64,000 nt of DNA from Alphaproteobacteria bacterium (GTDB taxonomy: Bacteria > Pseudomonadota > Alphaproteobacteria > RF32 > CAG-239). The DNA lies in assembly GCA_017501665.1 (NCBI GenBank), contig JAFVWM010000034.1, positions 23,963-87,962 on the forward strand. The letters run 5' to 3'. Position 1 is the first letter of the stretch; each line of letters begins with the position of its first letter. The notes below the pieces were generated by a model that was not told the origin of the DNA, did no database searches, and saw only the letters and a program-made list of their open reading frames with translations. The position numbers and the translations under genes were made by a program. This document shows positions 48,311 to 57,993 of this stretch, in pieces.

Positions 48311-48367
48311 GAACCGACGACAACCGGTACCACAAACCGGGGCTCTACCAACTGAGCTACGTTCGCC
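48291..48367 (-). tRNA. tRNA-His (anticodon GUG) with encoded G-1 and CCA
   Basis: The fold is: G-1, acceptor GCGAACG/CGTTCGC, D arm GCTC-AGTTGGTA-GAGC, and anticodon arm CCGGT-TTGTGGT-ACCGG. The T arm is GTCGG-TTCGAGC-CCGAT. The discriminator is C73, pairing with G-1, and CCA follows. Confidence 0.92.
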
Positions 48368-48513
48368 ATCAAAATCACGAAATTCTTTTTAACTATAATA
48401 TAAAACAAAGTCAAGCAATTTTTACATCTTTTTTTAATTCTGATATTAACTATTTTTTTTCTTTTTGAGGTTACACTTTAAGAAATATATATTCTATGCG
48501 GGATAAAAATATT

Positions 48514-49665
48514 ATGAAATTGCTGTCAAAAACAAAATTTTTAGCTTATGTATTTTTGAGCTTTGCCTGTATTATCAAAGCCGAAGAAGCTCATTGTGCA
48601 AGAACAACATCTTCAATGGTAATTGACGCTCTTACCGGAGACATCATACATTCGCACAATGCCGATGAACGCCGTTATCCTGCCTCTTTAACTAAATTAA
48701 TGACGTTGTATCTTACTTTTAATGCTTTAGAAAAAGGCGATATTACTTTTAACACTCAACTAACAACTTCGTACAAAGCAGCCAGTCAAGAACCTTCATA
48801 TTTAGGTTTGTTAAAAGGCGACACTATATCGGTCAAAGATGCCATATTGGCACTGATTGTAAAATCGGCAAACGATTGTGCCGTGGTTTTGGCCGAAGGA
48901 ATTGGCGGAAATGAAAAAAACTTCGTCGAAATGATGAACCAAACCGCAAAAAAACTGGGAATGAAAAACACAACATTTAAAAACCCCAACGGCTTACATC
49001 ACAAAGATCAAAAAAGTACCGCCCGTGATATGGCTATTTTAGCAAGTGCCGTTTACCACCATTACCCAGAATATTACGAAATGTTTTCAACTAAAAACTT
49101 TAAATTCAGAAATCATACATTCAGAAATCACAATCATTTATTAAAACATTTTAAAGGTGCCGATGGTATGAAAACCGGATATTACCGTCGTGCCGGTTAT
49201 AATATCATAACTTCTGCACAATGGGATGACAAAAGAGTTATCGCTGTAACCATGGGACATCAAACCGGCGAAAAACGTGATTTAAAAGTGGCTGATTTAA
49301 TGAAAGACGGTCTAACAAAATTAACCGGTAAGAAATCCGGTATAATTTACGCAAAATTAGATATTCCCTCATTAAATCAAAATGACAATAATTCATGGGG
49401 AATCCAAATAGGAGCTTTTTCCAATTATGTAAAAGCCAGAAATTATGCCTTAATGGTTCAAAACGATATCCATCAACCTTATGCCAACAAAACAAAAATA
49501 AGTGTTGAAACGGCTTCCGACGGAGCTGCCGTGGTATATCGTTCACAAATAAACGGCTTTGCTAAAAATGAAGCGGATAAAACATGTTATAGTTTGAAAA
49601 AAACAAACAAGTCATGTATTGTAATTAAAACGACTCAAAATAAACAACTTGCAATGGTGGACTAA
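48514..49665 (+). CDS. D-alanyl-D-alanine carboxypeptidase (S11, PBP5/6-like) with a C-terminal SPOR domain
   Basis: SxxK motif PASLTKLMT, SAN (KSANDCA) and KTG (MKTGY). The C-terminal WGIQIGAFSNYVKARNYALMV is SPOR-like. The start is MKLLSK (48514) or 48496. Confidence 0.85.
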   Translation: MKLLSKTKFLAYVFLSFACIIKAEEAHCARTTSSMVIDALTGDIIHSHNADERRYPASLTKLMTLYLTFNALEKGDITFNTQLTTSYKAASQEPSYLGLLKGDTISVKDAILALIVKSANDCAVVLAEGIGGNEKNFVEMMNQTAKKLGMKNTTFKNPNGLHHKDQKSTARDMAILASAVYHHYPEYYEMFSTKNFKFRNHTFRNHNHLLKHFKGADGMKTGYYRRAGYNIITSAQWDDKRVIAVTMGHQTGEKRDLKVADLMKDGLTKLTGKKSGIIYAKLDIPSLNQNDNNSWGIQIGAFSNYVKARNYALMVQNDIHQPYANKTKISVETASDGAAVVYRSQINGFAKNEADKTCYSLKKTNKSCIVIKTTQNKQLAMVD

Positions 49666-50453
49666 TGGGTATTTTATCATCAAAAGCACATATAATCGTT
49701 ATTGCTAACGAAAAAGGCGGTACGGGAAAATCAACACTTTCAATGCACTTAGCAATAAAGTTGCTGTACGAAAATTTTAAGGTTGCAGTAATTGATCTTG
49801 ACGGCCGTCAGGGATCTTTATCAAAATATATTGAAAACAGGCGCATATTTTGCAGTAAAAACAACATTTACATTCCATCTCCTGTACACTATATTTTTGA
49901 ACCTGTCGCCAAAGAGGCTAACAAAAAAGAAATAGAAGACTTAATTACAGACCTTTCTTCCCGATTCGATGCTATAATTATCGACACCCCCGGCGGACGA
50001 AACTATCTTTTCGAATTGGCTCACAAATTTTTACATACTTTAATTACTCCTATAAGTGATAGCCTTGTCGACTTGTCAGCTATTGCCGATATAAATCCGG
50101 ATAACGGTGAAATAATAAAAGCCGGACACTATGCTGAATTTGTTTGGGAAACAAAAAAGAAACTTGCCTCCAAAGAGCTCCCTTACTTAAATTGGATTGT
50201 TTGTGGCAATAAAATATCTGCTTTGCGATCCAAAAACAAAGAGTTGATATTCTCAAAGCTAAGCTCCCTTGCCAAGCTTTACGGTTTCAGATTTACCGAA
50301 GGCTTAAAAGACAGAGTGATATATAAAGAATTATTTTTGGACGGATTAACCATTCTTGATATGAACTCGCCCAAACTGCATCGCCGGTTGAATGTTTCAC
50401 ATTTGGCTGCAAAAATGGAACTTAACTCTTTAGTTGAATTTATTTTTCCTTAA
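49665..50453 (+). CDS. mipZ: division-plane positioning ATPase MipZ (ParA-like)
   Basis: HIIVIANEKGGTGKSTLSMHLAIKLLYENFKVAVIDLDGRQGSLSKYIENRR closely follows the MipZ N-terminus pattern. Its start overlaps the upstream stop (TAATG). Confidence 0.85.
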   Translation: MGILSSKAHIIVIANEKGGTGKSTLSMHLAIKLLYENFKVAVIDLDGRQGSLSKYIENRRIFCSKNNIYIPSPVHYIFEPVAKEANKKEIEDLITDLSSRFDAIIIDTPGGRNYLFELAHKFLHTLITPISDSLVDLSAIADINPDNGEIIKAGHYAEFVWETKKKLASKELPYLNWIVCGNKISALRSKNKELIFSKLSSLAKLYGFRFTEGLKDRVIYKELFLDGLTILDMNSPKLHRRLNVSHLAAKMELNSLVEFIFP

Positions 50454-50542
50454 ACTTTGCTGATAACTTTGTTATAAATCTTGTTTTTAATGCCATAAAT
50501 GATAATTTATGGATATGAATAAGTTTCATTTAAGGAGAAATC

Positions 50543-52162
50543 ATGATTACAACCATAAAGACTACCCCATACACTGATCAAAAGATGGGCACGGCCGGTT
50601 TGCGTAAAAAATCAAAAGTAGTTCTTCAAGAAAACTACATCGAAAATTTTGTTCAAAGCATTTTTAACACAATCGGTAATTTATCCGAAAAAACATTCCT
50701 TGTCGGTGGAGACGGTCGCTTTTACAACGACAAAGCCATCCAAAAAATCATCAAAATTGCTGCTGCAAACGGAGTTAAAAAACTTCTTATCGGCCAAAAC
50801 GGATTTATATCCACACCGGCCGGATCGGTAGTAATCAGAAAAAACAAATTAAATGGTGGCTTGATTTTATCTGCATCTCACAATCCCGGCGGTGAAAATG
50901 GCGATTTCGGGCTTAAATACTCCAACGAAACAGGCGGTCAGGTTCCAAGCTCTGTTACCGATGCCATCTACAAACAAACGACTCAAATCAGTGAATACAA
51001 AATCTGTTTAGGTGACGACGCAGATATTTCAAAAATTGGCACAACCGAATATTGCGGTATGCAGATAGAGGTTATTGACCCTGTTAAAGATTATGTTGAA
51101 ATGATGCAAAACATTTTTGACTTTTCTGCAATAAAACAAATGTTTGCCAACGGATTTACCATGCGCTTTGATGCCATGAATGCCGTTACAGGTCCCTATG
51201 CCATAGAAATTTTTGAAAATATACTAGGTGCAACCAAAGGTTCTGTTGTTAACGCGGTTCCCAAAGAAGACTTCGGCGGACTGCATCCGGATCCAAACCT
51301 TGTTTATGCCAAAGAACTGGTTGATTTTATGTTCTCTGACAAAGCAGCTGATTTTGGTGCTGCCAATGATGGCGACGGAGACAGAAACATGATTTTGGGT
51401 AAAGGATTTTTTGTTACCCCAAATGACAGTTTGGCTATCCTAACCGATAACTATAAATTGATACCTTATTATCAATCCGGTATATATGGTGTTGCAAAAT
51501 CAGCGGCTACATCGACAGCTGTTGCCCGAGTAGCTAAAGAACACAACATCGGATACTATGAAGTTCCGACCGGTTGGAAATATTTTGTAAATCTTATGGA
51601 TTCTGACCGTATTACATTTTGCGGAGAAGAAAGTTTTGGTACCGGATCTTCGCACATCAGAGAAAAAGATGGTATTTGGGCTGTTTTATTCTGGCTCAAC
51701 ATCTTAGCCAAGACCAATAAAACGGTTGAAGAAATAACAGTTGAACACTGGAAAAAATATGGTCGCAGTTACTATATACGTTTCGATTTTGAAGGAGTAG
51801 ACACAACTGTTGCAGATAAATTAATGGCTGATTTAGAAGAAAAATTACCATCTTTGGCCTCTTTGACATACGACAACTTCAAGATAACCGAAGCCAAACC
51901 TTTTGTATACAACGATCCGGTTGATAATTCCGTTACCAAAAACGGACTTGTAATATATTTTGAAGATGGTTCACGTATTGTATACCGTCTCTCAGGTACG
52001 GGTTCATCCGGAGCAACCATAAGAGTTTATTTAGAAAGATTTTCCAAAGATGATATCTTGCAAAATCCTCTTGATATGGTTTCACCTTTGGCTAAAATAG
52101 CCTTAGATATAGCAGAAATACCCGAAAGAACAGGAAAACACCAAGCTGATGTTGTTACTTAG
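50543..52162 (+). CDS. pgm: phosphoglucomutase (alpha-D-glucose phosphate-specific)
   Basis: Active-site SASHNPGG, metal loop DGDGDRN and sugar loop GEESFG, at 539 aa. Confidence 0.92.
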   Translation: MITTIKTTPYTDQKMGTAGLRKKSKVVLQENYIENFVQSIFNTIGNLSEKTFLVGGDGRFYNDKAIQKIIKIAAANGVKKLLIGQNGFISTPAGSVVIRKNKLNGGLILSASHNPGGENGDFGLKYSNETGGQVPSSVTDAIYKQTTQISEYKICLGDDADISKIGTTEYCGMQIEVIDPVKDYVEMMQNIFDFSAIKQMFANGFTMRFDAMNAVTGPYAIEIFENILGATKGSVVNAVPKEDFGGLHPDPNLVYAKELVDFMFSDKAADFGAANDGDGDRNMILGKGFFVTPNDSLAILTDNYKLIPYYQSGIYGVAKSAATSTAVARVAKEHNIGYYEVPTGWKYFVNLMDSDRITFCGEESFGTGSSHIREKDGIWAVLFWLNILAKTNKTVEEITVEHWKKYGRSYYIRFDFEGVDTTVADKLMADLEEKLPSLASLTYDNFKITEAKPFVYNDPVDNSVTKNGLVIYFEDGSRIVYRLSGTGSSGATIRVYLERFSKDDILQNPLDMVSPLAKIALDIAEIPERTGKHQADVVT

Positions 52163-53258
52163 ACCTATAAAGATATTAGCTTTATGCGTTTCACTTGCAT
52201 CAGTCTTAGTCAATAAGGCTGATGCAGGTTTGTATGGTTTTACGCGTTACAACCCCTACACTAAAGAAGAACGCATACTACATCTTAACAAAGTTCCTCA
52301 AAAAATTGACAATTATCGAGCCTTGATGCGTGCAAATCTTCTTATGCTGATACGATATGCCAAACAACAAAACAAAGACTTCCAAATTATTACCCATGAA
52401 GGACAAGATCTTCTTACCAAAAGTTTGTGGGAATATGGTCGAGAAGGATATAATCAGGCAAGAACACAAGAAAATGTCAAAGATGAATCTTTTCTTTTTC
52501 ACAAAAATTTCAAAGAACAAGAGCCAAAACGCTACACTCCGGAATACGATTATTTAAATGTGGTAGATGCTGTCGCCGTAAACAACCTATATTGCGGCAA
52601 CGGCCACGAAAACAAAGTTGCCCAAAATCACAAACTTACCAAAATAACTATTGAACAATGCCCTGATATTGATACTTTGGAAATGGCTCGCATTAATTCC
52701 TCTTTAGAAAAAAAAGCTTCATACTTTTTTGTTGATATTGCCAACGCCTTCAATAATATCGATGACCACGTAAACATTAACGATTCGGCACAAAATGTAT
52801 TCAAAGTTTCCGATGCTCAAAATATTTTAATAATAAATGATACCTCTCGATTCGAAACAAAAGAAAAATTTATAAACACTTTATTAAAAACAAACTACGA
52901 TATAATAGTAATGAAACCTTTATTTAATGATGTTGAACGCTATGATTTCGAAGATTTGCAAAAGCTCCATTTCAAAAAAAACGGATCCAAAAGATTGCTT
53001 ATAGCCGAATTTAATGTATCCGAGGCATCACCTGTTGAGTATTATTGGCATAAAGACTGGAAGTTAGGCTCACCGAATTGGTTGATTAGACCGTCTTTTG
53101 ATAACAAGGATGGCATTATCACTAAATATTGGCATCCCGAATGGAAAAAAATAATATCTCGTTACTTTAAAGATATTATAAATGAAGGTTTTGACGGTGT
53201 TTTTTTCACCGGCATAGAAAACTATAAATATTTTGAAGATCAAACCCCGCTAGAGTAA
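52149..53258 (+). CDS. secreted putative glycoside hydrolase (GH114 / TM1410-like TIM barrel)
   Basis: Signal peptide. The C-terminal LLIAEFNVSEASPVEYYWHKDW...KYWHPEWKKII...INEGFDGVFFTGIENY resembles the GH114 endo-alpha-1,4-polygalactosaminidase-type core. The assignment is tentative. Confidence 0.55.
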   Translation: MLLLRPIKILALCVSLASVLVNKADAGLYGFTRYNPYTKEERILHLNKVPQKIDNYRALMRANLLMLIRYAKQQNKDFQIITHEGQDLLTKSLWEYGREGYNQARTQENVKDESFLFHKNFKEQEPKRYTPEYDYLNVVDAVAVNNLYCGNGHENKVAQNHKLTKITIEQCPDIDTLEMARINSSLEKKASYFFVDIANAFNNIDDHVNINDSAQNVFKVSDAQNILIINDTSRFETKEKFINTLLKTNYDIIVMKPLFNDVERYDFEDLQKLHFKKNGSKRLLIAEFNVSEASPVEYYWHKDWKLGSPNWLIRPSFDNKDGIITKYWHPEWKKIISRYFKDIINEGFDGVFFTGIENYKYFEDQTPLE

Positions 53259-53264
53259 TCAAAT

Positions 53265-53528
53265 ATGAGTGAAACAGAAATTTTTGAAATAACACGAGAT
53301 GCAATTTTTACTTTATTAAAAGTAGTATCTCCCATTGTGTGTATAGCATTGGTTGTCGGACTTGTTGTAGGTATTTTTCAAGCCCTTACTCAAATTCAGG
53401 AAATGACTTTGGCATTTGTCCCCAAAATTCTTTGCGTATTTTTGGCATTAATAATACTGTTTCCGTTTATGTACAATCAAATGCAAACATTATCAGATTC
53501 ACTTTTTTCCAAAATAGCCGGCGGATAG
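53265..53528 (+). CDS. fliQ: flagellar type III export apparatus protein FliQ
   Basis: 87 aa and two TM helices; ...ALVVGLVVGIFQALTQIQEMTLAFVPKI... is the FliQ signature region. Confidence 0.9.
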   Translation: MSETEIFEITRDAIFTLLKVVSPIVCIALVVGLVVGIFQALTQIQEMTLAFVPKILCVFLALIILFPFMYNQMQTLSDSLFSKIAGG

Positions 53529-53535
53529 AGTTAAG

Positions 53536-54291
53536 ATGACGGAATTATTTAACATAACAATATACAACTACCTTATGATATTTTTACGCATAGGGGCTGT
53601 TTTTATGTTAACCCCCGGTTTTTCGGCCTCATATATAAATATACAGGTACGACTGATTTTTGCTCTGGCAGTATCTTTGGTTTCAATGCCGTTAATAACT
53701 CCGATGCTTCCGACCGAACCTTCTGAATTTAGCATTATGGTGCAATATATCTTAAATGAAATAAGTGTCGGCATATTCTTAGGAATGGTAATGCAATTTT
53801 TATTCTTTGCCCTAAATTTTGCCGGCTCGTTAGCATCTCAAGCCATAGGTTTTGCCAATGCGCAAATCTTTGACCCCACATTTCAAAATCAAACAATGCT
53901 TATAGAATCATTTTTAAGTATTGTCGCCATTACGGTTGTTTTCATCATGGACATACATCATCTGATGCTTGAAGCCATAATCGACAGTTACTATCTGTTT
54001 ATCCCCGGTCAACCGATACCATGGGCTGATTTTGCTTCGCACTTAACCGAAACAGTTACAAAATCATTTACATTCGGATTTAAACTGGGATCACCTTTTA
54101 TAGCCTTTACCATAATATTTTATACTTCTATCGGTTTAGTATCGCGTTTAATGCCGCAATTAAATATTTTCTTTTTATCACTTCCTTTGCAAATATACTT
54201 AGGAATTGGCTTGTTGTTTATAACCGCCCCGATAATTATATCCGTATTTTTGAGATATTTTGATGAAGGGCTTTATTTGTTCACTCATTAA
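53536..54291 (+). CDS. fliR: flagellar type III export apparatus protein FliR
   Basis: 251 aa and polytopic; it sits between fliQ and flhB. Confidence 0.88.
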   Translation: MTELFNITIYNYLMIFLRIGAVFMLTPGFSASYINIQVRLIFALAVSLVSMPLITPMLPTEPSEFSIMVQYILNEISVGIFLGMVMQFLFFALNFAGSLASQAIGFANAQIFDPTFQNQTMLIESFLSIVAITVVFIMDIHHLMLEAIIDSYYLFIPGQPIPWADFASHLTETVTKSFTFGFKLGSPFIAFTIIFYTSIGLVSRLMPQLNIFFLSLPLQIYLGIGLLFITAPIIISVFLRYFDEGLYLFTH

Positions 54292-54307
54292 ATAAGGATG
54301 CTTATAA

Positions 54308-55378
54308 ATGGTTGCCCCCGAAGAAGAAGACGAAGCGTCCAAAACGGAAGACCCTTCCGAACGAAAAATATCCAAAGCAAAAGAAGAAGGTAATGTTGCC
54401 ATATCACAAGATGCCAAAAGCTTTATTATGCTCATAGGCACACTCTTCGTAGTCTGGCTTTTTATTCCCATAATGTTTGTATGGATAAAAAACATCGGCT
54501 CATCTTTTATATTGCGTTCCGCATCAACAAATGTTGACATTGCCGGTTTCATTATTTTATTAAAACAAGCATTTTTCGGTTTTTTCAAAATAATGAGCAT
54601 ACCTTTTCTTATCTTTATGGTTTTAGGTATTGTTGCCTCCATAAGCCAAACCGGTTTTATTTATGCTCCAAAAAAGCTTGAACCCGACTGGAACAAGTTA
54701 AACTTTTTTGCTGCCATACCGAAATTTATCAATAAACAAAAAATTGTCGAAAGTTTGAAAGGCATCATCAAAATTACGGTAGTCAGCATATTAGCTTATA
54801 TCGTATTAAGACCATACGTCACCAAAAGTGAACTTTTACCGACTATGGACACTTTTGCTATTTTGGATTTTATTCATAATGTAGTAATTTTATTATTATT
54901 TACCGTTACAATGGCAGTTTTGGTAATTGCTGCCGGCGACTATTTTTGGCAAAAATACTCTCACTTGCTTAAATTACGTATGACCAAACAAGAAGTAAAA
55001 GAAGAATTTAAGCAAATGGAAGGTGACCCTTTAGTAAAATCTAAGATTCGTCAAATCCGCATGGACAGGGCTCGTCAACGTATGATGGAAAATGTCCCCA
55101 AGTCAGATGTTGTTATTGTCAACCCTACCCATTATGCTGTAGCATTAGAATATAAAATGGAATCAATGCCGGCACCGAAAGTAACGGCAAAAGGTGTGGA
55201 TACTGTTGCGTTGCGCATTAAAGCTTTAGCAGAAGACAATGAAATACCGATAGTAGAAAATCCGCCACTTGCCAGAGCTCTGTTTGCTTCCACCGAAATT
55301 GACCAAGAAATACCTATTGAACACTTCCAAGCCGTAGCCGAGGTTATCAGATATGTTATGCAACTCAAACAACAATAG
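54308..55378 (+). CDS. flhB: flagellar type III export switch protein FlhB
   Basis: N-terminus SKTEDPSERKISKAKEEGNVAISQD, then MTKQEVKEEFKQMEGDP, and the autocleavage site VIVNPTHYAVAL (NPTH). Confidence 0.93.
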   Translation: MVAPEEEDEASKTEDPSERKISKAKEEGNVAISQDAKSFIMLIGTLFVVWLFIPIMFVWIKNIGSSFILRSASTNVDIAGFIILLKQAFFGFFKIMSIPFLIFMVLGIVASISQTGFIYAPKKLEPDWNKLNFFAAIPKFINKQKIVESLKGIIKITVVSILAYIVLRPYVTKSELLPTMDTFAILDFIHNVVILLLFTVTMAVLVIAAGDYFWQKYSHLLKLRMTKQEVKEEFKQMEGDPLVKSKIRQIRMDRARQRMMENVPKSDVVIVNPTHYAVALEYKMESMPAPKVTAKGVDTVALRIKALAEDNEIPIVENPPLARALFASTEIDQEIPIEHFQAVAEVIRYVMQLKQQ

Positions 55379-57977
55379 ACCGGATAAAGATTTAGAAAAA
55401 GCACTTATAAAATTAGCTTTTTCATTAATAATCTTAACCTTAAGCTTAATGTGGTTTTTTTTAGACAAAAACCACTATGTTTATTCAACCTTATTAACAT
55501 CCGTGGCAACAATATACTGCCTCATTACCACCATAAAAACACTTTCTGCCGGTGAAGCAGCCATAAGCTATGGAGGTTTTGCCAACGAAATAATTAAAAA
55601 TGACTTCAAAATGCGCCGTATAGAAAATGCGAATTTCGAACCGATTATTGAGAATGCACCGGCAAAAGAATTCTTAAAAAATAATAATGTACTGGAATTT
55701 TTGGAAAAATATATAAGTCAGGGATCTTCTGCCAAACAAGCTTTTTACCGATTGCAAACTGCCGTAAAAAATCTAAGTTCCGAAAAAGTAACCCTCTCAC
55801 TTTTATTAAAACAAAACAGCAACCTTATCTTTAATGATTTGGAATATTTTGAAATTTCCGTTCGTCCTATATACCTAAAAAAACCTAATATCTTCGATGG
55901 AGCATTTTCCATAAAACGTATCAAAAAAGAAACTTATTTTTATTGGACGATAAACAACATTACCGCCAAACAAAATATGGATTATGTATTCAAAGAAGAA
56001 AGCACTTCTTTACATAACTTCTTAGACTATTTACCGGTAGGACTATATTCTATCGATACGGATTACACCATAAATTATGTAAATTATAATATGGCCGATT
56101 TCTTAAAGCTAAAACCACACCAACTTATCGGAACATCGCTACGTAACTTTTTATCTTCTGATTCTGTGTTACCAACAAACAAAGACACATGGTCAGGCGA
56201 ACTTATTTTTACCGATCATCAAGGAAAAACATCAGAAACTTTGACATTTCAAACATCATATCGTGAAAAAGAAAAAATAATGCATCGCGGTGTTGTTGTT
56301 CATCAATTACCGACACAAGAAGAATTGCAACAACAGGTAAGTCAATCTCTTGATGATATAAACTGGTTTTACAATCATTCTCCTATCGGTATATTGTTCA
56401 TCAACAATTTAGGCATCATTAAAAAAGCCAACCCCAAAGCTTGTGAATTATTCAACATAAATAACGATTCTTTAGATATTTATAATAAACTGAGCAAAGA
56501 AGAAATTTCTGTTTTACAAACTGCACTTAATAAAGCCGTTTCATCTAAAAAATCAGTTACGACAGAACTTAAAACAAGTGATAAAACGCTAAATTTATAT
56601 ATAAACGAACTGCATAATTTGTATCAAAATAATGAATCTCAAGAAAATAAATTCATTATCTATGCCATCGACGTAACAAGACAAAAAAGTCTTGAAGCAC
56701 AATTTACACAAGCTCAAAAAATGCAAGCTGTCGGTCAACTTGCCGGAGGCGTTGCGCACGACTTTAACAACCTGTTAACAGCCATGATCGGTTTTACTGA
56801 CCTACTGTTGCAAAGACACGGCGTCGGCGATCCGTCATTTGCCGATCTTATCCAAATAAAACAAAATGCACATCGCGCCACATCTTTGGTTCGTCAACTT
56901 TTAGCCTTTTCACGTAAACAACCGCTATTACCTAAACTCATCGACGTTACCGACGCTTTTGCCGATTTAAGCCAAATGTTAAAACGTATTTTGGGCGAAA
57001 AAATAAATTTAAGCTTAAAACATGGTAGCGACCTAGGTTATATAAAAGTTGACCCCACACAGTTCTCACAAGTAATTATTAACTTGGCTGTCAATGCTAA
57101 AGATGCCATGTCGGGGATGGGAAACCTTACAATTTCAACATCTACATACAAACTTGCCGAAGCATACTCTTTCGGTGATGACACTATTCCTCCCGGAGAC
57201 TTTGTTGTTATCGATGTCGAAGACAACGGTTGCGGTATCCCCGAAAACATTATCGAGCGAATTTTTGATCCTTTCTTTTCCACTAAAGAAAACATTGTCG
57301 GCTCAGGCACCGGTTTAGGCTTAGCCATGGTCTATGGTATTGTTCGTCAAACCGAAGGTTTTATAAAAGTATCATCCGAAGTAGGTAAAGGAACTATTTT
57401 TTCGATCTATCTGCCCCGTTTTGAAACCGGACCCGAAGACGAAAAAAACAATATTACTTCTCCTGTGGTTACCGACAAACAAGGACACACCATTCTAAAG
57501 GTAGAAGAAACTTTTTCACCTCCCGGCAACCTGAATCAAAAAATCATTATGGGATTAAATATCTCAAATACAATTGACAGAAGCTCTTCCGCTGTCGAAA
57601 AGAACTCTCGACCGGCGCGTATTTTATTTGTCGAAGATGAAGATTCCGTCCGATCATTTGCCGTAAGAGCTCTAAAGAAAAAAGGATATGATGTCATCGA
57701 TTCCGATTCTGCTGAAAATGCACTTGAAATAATGGAAAAAGATAACGACTTTGATTTATTGCTAACCGACATGGTATTACCAGGAATGAGCGGTGCACAA
57801 TTGACTAACATAGTCAAAGAAAAGCACCCCGATATTGCCGTTATTTTAGCCTCAGGATATTCTGAAGATATAGCACGCAAAGAGGTTGACAATACTCATG
57901 AATTCGAGTTTATTACAAAACCATACAGCTTGGGTGACTTAACTGCAAAGGTATATAGTGTCTTAAACAAGTCTTAA
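55353..57977 (+). CDS. hybrid sensor histidine kinase / response regulator, CckA-like (2 TM, PAS domains, HisKA, HATPase, REC)
   Basis: H-box GGVAHDFNNLLTAMIGFTDLLL, N/G boxes (NLAVNAKDAM, DNGCGI, GTGLGLAMV) and a C-terminal receiver (ILFVEDEDSV...DLLLTDMVLPGMSG). Its start overlaps the flhB end by 26 nt. Confidence 0.85.
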   Translation: MLCNSNNNRPDKDLEKALIKLAFSLIILTLSLMWFFLDKNHYVYSTLLTSVATIYCLITTIKTLSAGEAAISYGGFANEIIKNDFKMRRIENANFEPIIENAPAKEFLKNNNVLEFLEKYISQGSSAKQAFYRLQTAVKNLSSEKVTLSLLLKQNSNLIFNDLEYFEISVRPIYLKKPNIFDGAFSIKRIKKETYFYWTINNITAKQNMDYVFKEESTSLHNFLDYLPVGLYSIDTDYTINYVNYNMADFLKLKPHQLIGTSLRNFLSSDSVLPTNKDTWSGELIFTDHQGKTSETLTFQTSYREKEKIMHRGVVVHQLPTQEELQQQVSQSLDDINWFYNHSPIGILFINNLGIIKKANPKACELFNINNDSLDIYNKLSKEEISVLQTALNKAVSSKKSVTTELKTSDKTLNLYINELHNLYQNNESQENKFIIYAIDVTRQKSLEAQFTQAQKMQAVGQLAGGVAHDFNNLLTAMIGFTDLLLQRHGVGDPSFADLIQIKQNAHRATSLVRQLLAFSRKQPLLPKLIDVTDAFADLSQMLKRILGEKINLSLKHGSDLGYIKVDPTQFSQVIINLAVNAKDAMSGMGNLTISTSTYKLAEAYSFGDDTIPPGDFVVIDVEDNGCGIPENIIERIFDPFFSTKENIVGSGTGLGLAMVYGIVRQTEGFIKVSSEVGKGTIFSIYLPRFETGPEDEKNNITSPVVTDKQGHTILKVEETFSPPGNLNQKIIMGLNISNTIDRSSSAVEKNSRPARILFVEDEDSVRSFAVRALKKKGYDVIDSDSAENALEIMEKDNDFDLLLTDMVLPGMSGAQLTNIVKEKHPDIAVILASGYSEDIARKEVDNTHEFEFITKPYSLGDLTAKVYSVLNKS

Positions 57978-57993
57978 AAAACAAAAGGAAAAT

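Noticed and set aside
48133-48414. 93-aa and 60-aa minus-strand ORFs with internally repeated peptide (RPMFCPDFMSGLF twice)
   Set aside because: The peptide repeat is just the translated 57-bp tandem duplication of the tRNA-His terminator, and the ORF also reads through the tRNA itself. It is not coding.
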